Below, piece after piece: positions 10,934-20,979 of a stretch of DNA of 64,000 nt. Source of the DNA: a virus. The notes under the pieces were generated by a model that saw nothing but the letters and a program-made list of their open reading frames with translations, was not told the origin of the DNA and did no database searches. Position 1 is the first letter of the stretch. The number at the start of each line of letters is the position of its first letter. A program made the translations under genes and the position numbers. The stretch is taken from the IMG/VR virus record IMGVR_UViG_3300013006_000020, positions 32,001-96,000 of that record; one strand, given 5' to 3'.

Positions 10934-11578
10934 ATGGCAACAGTTACTTTTTACGCAAACGAAGGCATAGGCGCAATAAACAGCGGAAGCCAAAACTTAA
11001 ACGGCTCAGGAATTGGTTTTTTCGGTAATGGCGGCGCTTTTGCTAGTGTTCGCATTGGAGAATACCAAGACAGAACATTTGTTTGTGACGCCAATGGCAC
11101 AGCAGTTGGTGCGGAAATAGATAACGTAAAATATGTTAATGCAACTGGCGCTCTTATTAGCCGTGGCGGATCAACTGATGCGTCTTTACCATTGGTTAAT
11201 ATTCCGAATTATAAATCCACACTTAATATAAGATTTGACCACGGTTCTGCTGTTAGAACGCAGAACGCTAAAGTTCAAATTTACGATAGATCTAACGTTA
11301 ATAACGCTCCATCTGGAGTAATTTGTCAGGCAGCAGAAATAGTTCACCCTGAGGTATCTCAAGCTGTTGTAGGCTCTGGAGATACAACTTGGATTTCTTG
11401 CAGCGGATCTACCCCATATGTTGATTTGATTGCAAGCCCAGGAATTAGCGGTATTCGTGTTTCTGGATCTAATACAACGCAAATACAACACGACTGGTAT
11501 GTCTGCATATCCGCTTCGCCTACTGGTATTGGATCACATACTAACTTTGGTATTTATTTTACGACAGAGTATCTATAA
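10934..11578 (+). CDS. Putative virion structural protein (paralog of next gene)
   Basis: Shares YQ..TF, IPN...TLN.R, SPG..G and HDWY.C.S..P with 11578..12249. Confidence 0.55.
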   Translation: MATVTFYANEGIGAINSGSQNLNGSGIGFFGNGGAFASVRIGEYQDRTFVCDANGTAVGAEIDNVKYVNATGALISRGGSTDASLPLVNIPNYKSTLNIRFDHGSAVRTQNAKVQIYDRSNVNNAPSGVICQAAEIVHPEVSQAVVGSGDTTWISCSGSTPYVDLIASPGISGIRVSGSNTTQIQHDWYVCISASPTGIGSHTNFGIYFTTEYL

Positions 11579-12249
11579 TGCCCACATTTGCCCTATTTGG
11601 TCAGTTTGGAAATAATAAAGTCCAACAAATAGGAAACGAATTCATCTCCAAAAGCTCTTTTAGAAGCGCACTTGGTATGGGTATAATTAACGGAGATGGT
11701 AGCATTGGCTACCAGATAATTGGTAATTATCAAGAGGCCACATTTATATCAACAGCTGATTCTGTATCGGTTCTAGATAAAATTAATGATGTAAGATATA
11801 AAACCTCTAGCACCGCAGATGCTGTAAGTCCGAACATTGGCCCGTATAAAGATATAGAGGTTAGATATATACCAAACAGGGCGGCTACACTTAACTTAAG
11901 GATTTCAGATTTAACGCCCATTCGCGTTTCTTCTTGCAGGATGTATTTTCATGAAGGATCTTCTACAGGTGCGGCTAATTCTTTTTATAATACTCAATGG
12001 TATGAGTGCATACACACGAGTACAGATGAAACGCTTCCTGGATCAGGGGCCTCTACTTGGTCATCAATGCCAGCTAGCTCCACAGGATCTATAGTACTCA
12101 GAAGCAGCCCTGGTCCCACTGGATCAAACCCAACTGGAAGCACTGCCTTTGCAACAAGGCACGATTGGTATTTATGCCTGAGCGTAACTCCAGCTAAATC
12201 ATTTCCTCAATCCTCCATCAACATTTCGTGTATGATAGACTATGTGTGA
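11578..12249 (+). CDS. Putative virion structural protein (paralog of previous gene)
   Basis: Same motifs; TAATG translational coupling. Confidence 0.55.
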   Translation: MPTFALFGQFGNNKVQQIGNEFISKSSFRSALGMGIINGDGSIGYQIIGNYQEATFISTADSVSVLDKINDVRYKTSSTADAVSPNIGPYKDIEVRYIPNRAATLNLRISDLTPIRVSSCRMYFHEGSSTGAANSFYNTQWYECIHTSTDETLPGSGASTWSSMPASSTGSIVLRSSPGPTGSNPTGSTAFATRHDWYLCLSVTPAKSFPQSSINISCMIDYV

Positions 12250-12258
12250 GGTGTAATA

Positions 12259-12468
12259 ATGGAAGATAGTGGATGGCCCGAATATCGTAAATTAGTGCTC
12301 AGCGAGCTGCAAAGATCAAATGATCGTCTTTCTCGTATAGAAAACGACATTGGTGAAATCAAAGAAAAACTGGCAATACTGCAAACAAAAGTATACTTTA
12401 CATCTAGCTCGATCGCTTTTATGATTTCAACGATGGTGGCCTTTTTCACTACGTCCATGAGGGGCTAA
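12259..12468 (+). CDS. Small coiled-coil protein with C-terminal TM helix (holin/XhlA-like)
   Basis: RLSRIENDIGEIKEKLAILQ coiled coil, then hydrophobic C-terminus. Confidence 0.45.
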   Translation: MEDSGWPEYRKLVLSELQRSNDRLSRIENDIGEIKEKLAILQTKVYFTSSSIAFMISTMVAFFTTSMRG

Positions 12469-12469
12469 A

Positions 12470-13063
12470 ATGCAAGAAAATAAATCAATAGCTAAATTAA
12501 CAGAACTTTTAGTCCAGCAAAAACTCATAGCAAATGATGCTCAACTAGGCGTAGTTATGCCAAATCCATATGACACTCCACCTATTACTATTCCAGAAAT
12601 GGCGCCATTGTTTCCAGGAGTAAAGCCATGCGGATCTACCGAGCAAAATGATTCGTGCGCTGCCTGCGATGAGCTTGCTAGAATAACCGCTCGTATCGAA
12701 AGGGTATCAGATCCTATTGTAATAGGAAGGCTAATAAAAGCAAAAAACGCAATTGGAGATATGTGCGCTCTTATTCAGGGGTGTTCAACACAGCAAAGCG
12801 GAAATATAGCACCATATCAAGACGGTACAGTGTGTTTGTGTTCTGCATTTATGCAATTAATTACATCCTTTATAGGCACCGTTAATGCCGCTTTAGTTCA
12901 ACCTCAATGGAGTGACAAATCAAGAAAGGCATTGACAAAAACGCTTAACTCTCAAAAAGATACATTCCGCAGGACTATAACTGAATGCTATAGACGTTAT
13001 AGAATCTCAGATAATAAAACATCTCAAAATGAGATTTTAAAAATAATTAATACACACTCATGA
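12470..13063 (+). CDS. Cys-rich hypothetical protein with amphipathic N-terminal leader
   Basis: 197 aa, multiple Cys; leader ...QQKLIA then Pro-rich linker. Confidence 0.6.
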   Translation: MQENKSIAKLTELLVQQKLIANDAQLGVVMPNPYDTPPITIPEMAPLFPGVKPCGSTEQNDSCAACDELARITARIERVSDPIVIGRLIKAKNAIGDMCALIQGCSTQQSGNIAPYQDGTVCLCSAFMQLITSFIGTVNAALVQPQWSDKSRKALTKTLNSQKDTFRRTITECYRRYRISDNKTSQNEILKIINTHS

Positions 13064-13081
13064 GTATTGAGCAAAAAAGAT

Positions 13082-13561
13082 TTAGTCTCCACATCCAGCA
13101 AATGTGCTTGAGATTATATTTTTGCAAATCGTCTCAATAACAAATGCCTCAGCTACAGTTATTCGATGACCAGCCCAAAAACGCTGGTCTCCTTTTTTTG
13201 AGCTTACCTCAAAAGCAAATCCTTCGTCAAGCTTATAAAGCTTTAATATAACATTACCGCTTTTATTTTGATGAAAAAATCCCTTACCCTTTCCAGACTC
13301 ATCCGCCGCTCCAAGAAATGCCTTTCTTCCTGAAAGCACACACGCTATTTCAGCAGCCTCCTCTATATCAAGCTTTACTGTTTCCGAATCATCCTTCCAA
13401 GAAAAACGATTGTTTCCATCACCGTCTTTTTGGGCTTCTTGCTTCGCTATAGTCAGAAAAAAGTTGCATGTCTTATGATTCCATTCCCAACAAGACGCAC
13501 ACCCCTTTGTGTGATCTTTCATGTTTGGCTTGTATATACGATAAGAAGAGTTGTATTGCAT
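13082..13561 (-). CDS. Whirly/PC4-like ssDNA-binding protein (putative)
   Basis: FFLTIAKQ...RFSWKD...VKLDIEEAAEI pattern, repeated as HRITVAEAFVI. Confidence 0.45.
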   Translation of the reverse strand: MQYNSSYRIYKPNMKDHTKGCASCWEWNHKTCNFFLTIAKQEAQKDGDGNNRFSWKDDSETVKLDIEEAAEIACVLSGRKAFLGAADESGKGKGFFHQNKSGNVILKLYKLDEGFAFEVSSKKGDQRFWAGHRITVAEAFVIETICKNIISSTFAGCGD

Positions 13562-14382
13562 TAGAAGATTACCTCACCTTTAATTTGATCTGGAACTGTC
13601 TGCCCACCGTTTTCTGGTCCACGACTAAAACCATTTAGCACATTAATAACTTCATGCGATTGCTTATACGTTAGTGCGTGAATACTTTCAGCCTCAAGCC
13701 CACAGAATTTAATCAGCTTATTCTGATCAATTCCCATTCTGTTGCACATTGTATTAATAGCAATTTTTGCACTGTCAGAGATCGGCTTGTTATCATCAAT
13801 CATCATCGGATCCATTTCGTCCTTTGATGCGCTTTGATTTACTTCCTCGAGTGTGTAAACCTTCACAAGACCAATTGCCTTTCGAAGAGCGCGAGCTTCC
13901 GCCTTTGTAGCAGCTGTTGCTACAGCAGCATTGCAGTATGGAAATGGTGTATTGTCTGGGTTTACATCAAAAACATCGCTGACATATTCTGGACTAAATC
14001 CAGAAACCCCATGTCTACGGAATGTAATAGAGCAACGAACAGTTGCAGTTCTATCTGAAATAGTTGGTGACTTTAACACATCAATATCAACAGATGTAAT
14101 CTTACCAACTAATTTCTTAAAAATTCTGCGAAGGCCATCGCATGTTGGCATGCCATCCTTGCATTCTTTGTCAGTTAGCTGAGACATTACAAAATCTGAC
14201 CATTTTGGATCAGTGTCATCAAGCACACCAGTATCTGTTTTAACCGCATCGGGAACCTTTGTAGGCTCAGCATCTACCATCATTGCCTCTAGATCAGCCA
14301 TTGGAAGATCCGAAATCAATGCTTCATTCTTACCAAGTTCAACCAGTTTATTAATTAGTGCTTTTTTGTTCTTTCGTGGCAT
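13561..14382 (-). CDS. Rad52/Sak-like single-strand annealing protein (putative)
   Basis: ATVRCSITF...ATAATKAEARALRKAIGL; C-term ISDSAK..I and LTYKQSHEVI helices. Confidence 0.55.
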   Translation of the reverse strand: MPRKNKKALINKLVELGKNEALISDLPMADLEAMMVDAEPTKVPDAVKTDTGVLDDTDPKWSDFVMSQLTDKECKDGMPTCDGLRRIFKKLVGKITSVDIDVLKSPTISDRTATVRCSITFRRHGVSGFSPEYVSDVFDVNPDNTPFPYCNAAVATAATKAEARALRKAIGLVKVYTLEEVNQSASKDEMDPMMIDDNKPISDSAKIAINTMCNRMGIDQNKLIKFCGLEAESIHALTYKQSHEVINVLNGFSRGPENGGQTVPDQIKGEVIF

Positions 14383-14896
14383 ATTGTAATATCCTTATAT
14401 AGTCCTCTCCTGATTGTGGGAGTATGATCGCTGCTTTTCTATACATACCAGAGTATCTTGAATCAAATACTTGCTTGATGTATTCGTTTGGAAATATTAC
14501 AAGATCAGCTGATGAAAAAATATTTTCACTTGTGATATGTTCAATTTTCCAATCTTCCATGTCAGTTACCATTAGAATCAATGGCTTGGCTAAATTTATA
14601 TTTGATTTAACCGCATTAAATGCATTATAAGAAAAGCACAGGGTGGGTCCGTATATCGCACATAAATACGAAGCCGAAAAAACTGGAAATGATGGTACTG
14701 ATATTGTCGCAGTATCACTTAGGGTGAACAGATTAAATGATATTTTCTTAGATGTGGCCTCTGATGCAAACTTATTTATTTCATAGTATTTTTGAGTCAT
14801 ACAACCATCTAAAACAAAATTTAGATTGGCTCTCTTGTAAAGAGATCCTAGGAAAAATGTCTCATCAATACAATTTTCATTCATTACTGCTGTCAT
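14351..14896 (-). CDS. Hypothetical protein, possible degenerate GT-B domain
   Basis: ADLVIFPNEYIKQVF resembles GT4 N-domain segment; lies in GT cluster. Confidence 0.4.
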   Translation of the reverse strand: MTAVMNENCIDETFFLGSLYKRANLNFVLDGCMTQKYYEINKFASEATSKKISFNLFTLSDTATISVPSFPVFSASYLCAIYGPTLCFSYNAFNAVKSNINLAKPLILMVTDMEDWKIEHITSENIFSSADLVIFPNEYIKQVFDSRYSGMYRKAAIILPQSGEDYIRILQYATKEQKSTN

Positions 14897-14897
14897 T

Positions 14898-15572
14898 TTA
14901 TCTCCTGAGCATTGCGTGCTCTTTGTTTATGTCTTCTGAGCGAGAAACAACTGTTTTGTTTTGTCCATGTAAATAATAAGTAAAAAGCGGCATTGGTATT
15001 CTAAGACACATATAGTTTGCCGCAGATATTCGCATCCAGTAATCGTAGTCCTCAATTATTTTGATTGCTTCATTAAAGTAGCCAACTGTGTTTATAATGT
15101 CTCGTTTGATAAACGAATTTGTTGACACAATACAGTGCTGTTTAAGAATAGAAGGATCAAAATCCCTCTTTGCAGTATAAAACATTTTCTGTTCATTCAC
15201 CTCGATATAATCGGAATAGACCAATCCAACCTCTGAACCAAACTCTAAGTATTTTATGCTAAGCTCCGCTTTTTGTGGAGCATATTCATCATCAGCATCA
15301 AGAAAACCTATGTATTTTCCCGATGAGTTTACCATGCCAGCGTTTCTTGCGCTTGCAGTTCCTCCATTAGGTTTTTTGATAAGCTTGATATCGTGAGTCT
15401 TGTTTTTAGAGATTATATTCTGAGCGATAAGAAGCGAGTTGTCTTTACTGCCATCATCAACAATGATAATTTCATACTCTGATGGATTAAGAGTTTGCCT
15501 CATAGCACTGCTAACAGACCGCTCAAGAAAATGACCCTGGTTATAATTTGGTATGATTATAGAGCATTTCAT
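14898..15572 (-). CDS. Glycosyltransferase family 2
   Basis: SIIIPNYN, IIVDDGSKD, NGGTASARNAG, FLDADD, EDYDYW. Confidence 0.92.
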   Translation of the reverse strand: MKCSIIIPNYNQGHFLERSVSSAMRQTLNPSEYEIIIVDDGSKDNSLLIAQNIISKNKTHDIKLIKKPNGGTASARNAGMVNSSGKYIGFLDADDEYAPQKAELSIKYLEFGSEVGLVYSDYIEVNEQKMFYTAKRDFDPSILKQHCIVSTNSFIKRDIINTVGYFNEAIKIIEDYDYWMRISAANYMCLRIPMPLFTYYLHGQNKTVVSRSEDINKEHAMLRR

Positions 15573-16096
15573 ATTACTGCAACACGCTCCGTTTCACGAT
15601 TGAAAAGCTCTTCCTCGCTCATATCTTCGTATCTATAAATATTAAACGCTCCGTATTGCGAGAATCCAGGATCTGCAGATCTATGAAGTATTGGCTTTTT
15701 ATTTGTGGACAATGCTGAGATCAAATCATTAATTTTGTGAGCATACCTTTCATTTGACCATACGCAATGATCAAATCCAGCCTTTTTGTAAGGCATTTTT
15801 TGACTTTTCAAGTAATCATTCCATATAATGAATATTGCTGATTCAACGCGCTCCATTGTTGATGTCATGTTTGTATCTTTAAAGAAAATTTCTGAAATTC
15901 TTACAAATCTGACGTTTTTATAGTCGTTGTATTTTGAGCGCTTACAATCAAGCTCATCACCAGAGATTCCAATATCAACAAAAATATACTCGTACTCTAG
16001 ATTTATCTCAATTGTTTTTTTGCACTCAGCAGTTGTTCCAAAGTACATTGGTCCATTTCTGTTCTCTGTCAGAAAAATACAAATTACTGGTTTCAT
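15569..16096 (-). CDS. Hypothetical protein, possible degenerate GT2 N-terminus
   Basis: Start MKPVICIFL (ATGA overlap); YEYIFVDIGISGD resembles GT2 E.IVVD.GS.D. Confidence 0.4.
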   Translation of the reverse strand: MKPVICIFLTENRNGPMYFGTTAECKKTIEINLEYEYIFVDIGISGDELDCKRSKYNDYKNVRFVRISEIFFKDTNMTSTMERVESAIFIIWNDYLKSQKMPYKKAGFDHCVWSNERYAHKINDLISALSTNKKPILHRSADPGFSQYGAFNIYRYEDMSEEELFNRETERVAVI

Positions 16097-16539
16097 GTCT
16101 TCTTTGCCTCCACGTTTAAAACCCATTGGTGCGGACCATACCATGTTTTTGTGGGTTTAAACCCTGCGACTGACAGTGCTTCTACAAAAGACTGCTTATC
16201 AAAGAAAACCAAATACCCGCTTAATATTGAATTAAAAGTGTCTCTATCTATTGTCCCAGCAGATAGCGCATTTGACATGGCCTCAATATCAATGCATTTT
16301 GCCTTTATTAAGCATTCGCTAGATGAAAAGGAAGACCATGATTTAAGTACCTCTTGGTATCCAGCTTGACTTTTTTCTAGCGCCCCTGGGTGGCAAATAA
16401 TTTCATATATTTTGTCTTCGCCACTTACACTATTAATAACGTAATCGTTAACAACGTGGTCTGTTTTGAAAGAACTATTCTTTTCAAGATTTATGTATCC
16501 GTCTAGATAGTTTTCGTTGTGATTTATGTTCAGTTTCAT
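16093..16539 (-). CDS. Methyltransferase-like protein with degenerate SAM motif
   Basis: MKLNINHNENYLDGYINLE resembles phage MTase KLNLGCG..YL.GYIN.D; C-term LNVEAKK. Confidence 0.5.
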   Translation of the reverse strand: MKLNINHNENYLDGYINLEKNSSFKTDHVVNDYVINSVSGEDKIYEIICHPGALEKSQAGYQEVLKSWSSFSSSECLIKAKCIDIEAMSNALSAGTIDRDTFNSILSGYLVFFDKQSFVEALSVAGFKPTKTWYGPHQWVLNVEAKKT

Positions 16540-17558
16540 ATTACTCTTCCAATTCTAATTTCGTGTGCCAAGTCAAATACTTTATTCCATGCGTTGACAA
16601 AGTCACCTATATTATAGTTGTTTACTATTTGATTACGACAATGCGAGCCAATTTTAACTGCATATTCTTTATCGTTGCAAATTTTCACAATTTGAGCGGC
16701 CATTTGATCAAGATCATTAGTGCAAACATCATCATTTTGCATTATTTTTGGTATTTCTTGCTTGGCGCTTGAAACACATGGTGCTCCACAAGACATTGCT
16801 TCCATAAGAGACATAGGCACAGGCGAAAGTCGTGATGTGTTTATGTAGCAAGCGCACTTATTTATTGATGCCACAAGCATTTTTTCATTTGAGATTGGTT
16901 GACTTACGCCAGGATTTTCCCCAATTAAAGCAAACTTGATAGAAGGATCAATTGCTTCAACCTTTTCTTTTACAGCAGACCATTCTGTAAACCCACAGAA
17001 TTGGTCCCTTGACTCTAGACCGTTAACTATATATAGAACATATTTCACATCCCCATCAGCTGGACCAGTCCAACCGTTGAAGTCATCTGTTCTTATTCCA
17101 TGCTTTACAACAATAGAATCATTAAGGCCCCAGGACTTTTGATTATGCTCAGTGATAAATACATTTATGTCAGCTTTAAACGACCTCATATGGTCAAACT
17201 GCTCTTGTGGCCAGTTGTTTAGCTGCGGCTCTATATGCTCAAGATGAATGATTGGTATGCGAAGACTTTTTGAAATTTCCTGCGCAAATTGTATTTGACC
17301 AAATCTCTCTTGAGATAAAACAAAATCTATATCATATTCAGTGTCTGTAATGGCATTGAATATATGGGTATTTTTTGGAAGTGGCTTGTATTTCTCCTCC
17401 CAAATCTTGTTGCCACCACCACGATTAAATAAAATAAATTCATGTCCAGTCTCAGCTAGATTGGTTTGGTATGACTCGTGTGTTGGAAAAGACAATATTC
17501 TGTACTTGTCTTTCTTTGGTGCGTTTACTCGGTTTAAAATTGAAACTATTGGATTCAT
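16536..17558 (-). CDS. Glycosyltransferase family 4 (GT-B)
   Basis: YINTSRLSPVPMSLMEAMSCGAPCVS. Confidence 0.85.
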   Translation of the reverse strand: MNPIVSILNRVNAPKKDKYRILSFPTHESYQTNLAETGHEFILFNRGGGNKIWEEKYKPLPKNTHIFNAITDTEYDIDFVLSQERFGQIQFAQEISKSLRIPIIHLEHIEPQLNNWPQEQFDHMRSFKADINVFITEHNQKSWGLNDSIVVKHGIRTDDFNGWTGPADGDVKYVLYIVNGLESRDQFCGFTEWSAVKEKVEAIDPSIKFALIGENPGVSQPISNEKMLVASINKCACYINTSRLSPVPMSLMEAMSCGAPCVSSAKQEIPKIMQNDDVCTNDLDQMAAQIVKICNDKEYAVKIGSHCRNQIVNNYNIGDFVNAWNKVFDLAHEIRIGRVI

Positions 17559-17560
17559 TT

Positions 17561-18667
17561 TTATCTCAGCATTGAAATTAGTTTTGGACCGACCGAAGAG
17601 TATGAGAATTTATTGTGCATATGCTTAATATTTTCAATAGCTAATTTTTTAAATTCTCCATTCATTGCTCTTCTCATTTTTACCATCATTTCTGTAAGCG
17701 AACCCTCCATCCACACACCATTGTGTGAATAAAGCCCTGGTATAATTGCATTCTTCGACATAGCAAACACAGGCTTGCTTATCATTTCTTTTACTGTTGG
17801 CTCGTAATCACTAGGGAACATTCTTCTTATTCCATTGAAGTGAGTTGCTATTACGGGCTTGCCCATAGCAGCAGCATCAAACGCTGGTATACATTCACCC
17901 TCACCACGCGAGGCTGTAACATAACAGTCACCCGTGTTATGTATTGCGCTAATGCCATCATCTGAAAGCATGTCTGTTATAAGAAATATTTTTGGATGCA
18001 GCTTGTCTGGTCTTTTAATTTCTGCTTTTATCGACTCTATAGAAGCTTTTACTGCCTCAAGAGATTCAACTGGATTTTTGCCATCAATGTATGTTTTTAC
18101 TATTAATGAGACATTGTCTCTTGATGTAAACTCTGACAAAAACGCGGCAATAGTTCCAGATACGTTTTTCCTATACGAGTAATCAGAAATGGTATAGAAC
18201 TTATACGTATCTTTGATTTCATCTGGGAGATCAAGATGACTATGCCAAGTGTCGTATTTTGAGAAATCTGCTGGTCTAGTTGTCATACCAATGGGTGTGG
18301 TTACCCTAGAATTGACAGCAGCCTCTATTTGTTCTTGGGTGGTCATCCATATCTCGTCCATTAGATTGCACGAGTATTGCCACCCAGAGTCTTTAAAGGA
18401 CGATGTCTCCCAATAAAATAGACCTACGTTCTTGACCCCTTCCACTCTAACAAATGTATTTGGGATTGTGTGTTGAATTACGACATCAACGCCATCTAGA
18501 GATCCGCCCTCTTTAATTTGATTGTCAATAAAGTTCGGTCTTTGGTTCAGACTAAACCAAATAGGAACCACATCGACACCATGAGCCTGCATGCATTTAA
18601 TAAAATCTCTAGCAGAATTTGCGTAACCAGTACCATCTCTATAAACGGATATATATGCTACTTTCAT
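17561..18667 (-). CDS. Glycosyltransferase family 4 (GT-B)
   Basis: TGYANSAR, YRKNV, YVTASRGEGECIPAFDAAAMGKPVI. Confidence 0.88.
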   Translation of the reverse strand: MKVAYISVYRDGTGYANSARDFIKCMQAHGVDVVPIWFSLNQRPNFIDNQIKEGGSLDGVDVVIQHTIPNTFVRVEGVKNVGLFYWETSSFKDSGWQYSCNLMDEIWMTTQEQIEAAVNSRVTTPIGMTTRPADFSKYDTWHSHLDLPDEIKDTYKFYTISDYSYRKNVSGTIAAFLSEFTSRDNVSLIVKTYIDGKNPVESLEAVKASIESIKAEIKRPDKLHPKIFLITDMLSDDGISAIHNTGDCYVTASRGEGECIPAFDAAAMGKPVIATHFNGIRRMFPSDYEPTVKEMISKPVFAMSKNAIIPGLYSHNGVWMEGSLTEMMVKMRRAMNGEFKKLAIENIKHMHNKFSYSSVGPKLISMLR

Positions 18668-20331
18668 ATTAGCTTTGAGTTCCCTGTATTTTGGACAACA
18701 GCCTTTTTCTTTACGTTGCTAAAGTATCTGTTTTGTTCAAAATTATTTCTATCAAACACTTCTTTGTTGGCAATATTATTTAACTTTTCAAGATCTATTT
18801 CGTTACCAGTGAAAGCTGCATTTTTGTTCATTACATCAGATATAGCGGCCATCTGAAATGGCGAACCTTGCATGCAACCTTTTGTAAACGCCTCTGATGC
18901 TATGGTACAAGCCTTGAAAGCATCATATGCGCCATTGCTTTGTAAATTTATATAGTTTGAGTGTTTGGGTGTTGCAAACCATCTAAACGGGTTTTTATTT
19001 GGTATTGATGAAAATATCTCATCCCATTTTTTAGCAAACCCATCACTTGAGTGATATTTTTCAGCGGTATCACGTGCAAGCTCACGCATAAGTTCTCTTT
19101 TTTCACTACCCTCTTGTAAAAAGCTAGTCAATATTTCTTCTAGATGCTTATCATCTGGAACACCACGTATTTGGCTAGTTTCACGTACTGACTCCTGCTT
19201 CCATCCCGCCATTCTAACTTGACCGTATCCACCACCAAGCCTAGCAAGCTCATATGGCGCGGCATATTCTACGGAGACAACTGGAACGCCACAAGCCTTT
19301 GCCTCTATGATCGGTATCTCCAAAGCACCAGCTACGCTATATTGCAAATACAAATCGGCAAGATTGTAAATCTTTGCAAGCTCTTCTCTTGTTGATCCAT
19401 TTGATGTATTTGCCATAGCACAGGCTTTTGCCCTGCACTTTGGGCAATATTTTCGATCACCAGCATAGAAACCAGGGGTGGATTGTTTACAGGTTTGACA
19501 ATAGTATGTTACAATAACTCTGTTACCAATACCATATCTAATCATCTCCTTTGGTATATCAAAACCACAGTCAGGATTGCCCGTATGCAAATAAAGGTAT
19601 GTCTTATCTGCAATAGAATCTAAGCCCATGCTGTATAGATTGTCAAGGGCGTTTGCAAACGCACTCATAATGCTTGGAAACAGCTTACGAGGCTGATTTC
19701 TCATGACGGTCATAATTATATTTGCGTCTTGAGGAATTCCATACTCAGCACGGATCTTCGCTCTATCCATTGGCTTAAATGTCTCAATGTCAACACCAGG
19801 CATTGTGTCAAGGTTTGAAACATTGAGTTTGCCGCCACCATATTTACGTAAAACGTTTAAACCCCATTGAGTGTAAGAAGTAAGCAAATCAACTGTAGAA
19901 AATGTTGACATCCATTCATCACGTGGTGGCTCAGAGTCAATACAAGCAGACCATATATATGTGTAGTATGGTCTAGAAGGAGACTTTGTAATAAATTCAT
20001 CATGCCAATAATCTCGATATGAAAAAACAATATCTGGCTTAAAATGATTTACCGCACTTTCGAACCGCAGACCGCCAAATTGCGCTGTCTGATATTCACG
20101 ATGATATCGTTCCATTTCTTCTTTTTTAGAATGTGATGGAATAACAGGATATACCTTCCATGGAAGTTGATTTATCCGTGGATCATCATCAGATACATAA
20201 GACGCAAGCTCAGCCACCTCATATTTGCCGCTATTATGAAGACGAGAAAGTACATCATATGCCATAACAGAAAAGCCTGTATTTAGCAGGCTAAACTCAC
20301 TAACAAGCAAGATTCTTTTTTTATCGCTCAC
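18664..20331 (-). CDS. Glycosyltransferase family 4 with Zn-ribbon insertion
   Basis: TGFS, RNQPRK, LEIPIIEAKACGVPVV; CQTC...CPKC insertion. Confidence 0.85.
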   Translation of the reverse strand: MSDKKRILLVSEFSLLNTGFSVMAYDVLSRLHNSGKYEVAELASYVSDDDPRINQLPWKVYPVIPSHSKKEEMERYHREYQTAQFGGLRFESAVNHFKPDIVFSYRDYWHDEFITKSPSRPYYTYIWSACIDSEPPRDEWMSTFSTVDLLTSYTQWGLNVLRKYGGGKLNVSNLDTMPGVDIETFKPMDRAKIRAEYGIPQDANIIMTVMRNQPRKLFPSIMSAFANALDNLYSMGLDSIADKTYLYLHTGNPDCGFDIPKEMIRYGIGNRVIVTYYCQTCKQSTPGFYAGDRKYCPKCRAKACAMANTSNGSTREELAKIYNLADLYLQYSVAGALEIPIIEAKACGVPVVSVEYAAPYELARLGGGYGQVRMAGWKQESVRETSQIRGVPDDKHLEEILTSFLQEGSEKRELMRELARDTAEKYHSSDGFAKKWDEIFSSIPNKNPFRWFATPKHSNYINLQSNGAYDAFKACTIASEAFTKGCMQGSPFQMAAISDVMNKNAAFTGNEIDLEKLNNIANKEVFDRNNFEQNRYFSNVKKKAVVQNTGNSKLI

Positions 20332-20497
20332 CGGTTGTAAACCCTTTAAATTTTCCTAAGTTTTTTGCACTTGCCTTTGTTGAAAGACTAAGTTCTTTTT
20401 CAATTTCTTCAGCTAGTAAGTCAAGCTGGCCAGGGGCTTGAAGTAAACCCCTGGCCTGCAAGATCTCAAGAACCTTAAGTATCTTGATTGATGACAT
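20321..20497 (-). CDS. Small hypothetical protein (58 aa, MSSIKILKVLEILQARG...)
   Basis: Translated by hand; TGATG coupling to ssb, fills the gap to the GT gene. Confidence 0.55.
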   Translation of the reverse strand: MSSIKILKVLEILQARGLLQAPGQLDLLAEEIEKELSLSTKASAKNLGKFKGFTTGER

Positions 20498-20928
20498 CAG
20501 AATGGGATGTCCTGTAAATCAGATTGCTTCTTATTTACCTTCGAGGAGGTCTTTTGAGAAGCTCTTGGCTCTTCCTTTTGCTCTTCACCGCCACCACCAC
20601 GACGAGATAGGAACTCAAAGTCTTCAATGCTTACGAGAATCTTACTTCTCTTTTCGCCGTCCTTGTTTTCCCAATTCTCTTGCTTGAGATGGCCCTCAAC
20701 TAGAATTGGATCTGCCTTCTTTACATATTCAGAAATGACTCCAGCTCTAGCGCCCCACATTTCGCAATCAATGTATGTGGTCTCTTCCTTCTTTTCACCA
20801 GACTTAGTGGTGTAACGACGATTAATCGCCATTCTGAAACGAACGACATTGTTGTTATCGCCAATTTCCTTAAGTTCTGGATCGCTGACTAGATTACCGA
20901 CTAAAACGACTTTGTTAAAATTTGACAT
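20497..20928 (-). CDS. ssb: Single-stranded DNA-binding protein
   Basis: NKVVLVGNLVSDPEL, ILVEGHL, acidic C-terminal DIPF. Confidence 0.95.
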   Translation of the reverse strand: MSNFNKVVLVGNLVSDPELKEIGDNNNVVRFRMAINRRYTTKSGEKKEETTYIDCEMWGARAGVISEYVKKADPILVEGHLKQENWENKDGEKRSKILVSIEDFEFLSRRGGGGEEQKEEPRASQKTSSKVNKKQSDLQDIPF

Positions 20929-20979
20929 GTTTTTACCTGTGATATATTGTAGTTACTTACTTAAATTTTGACCATTAAA

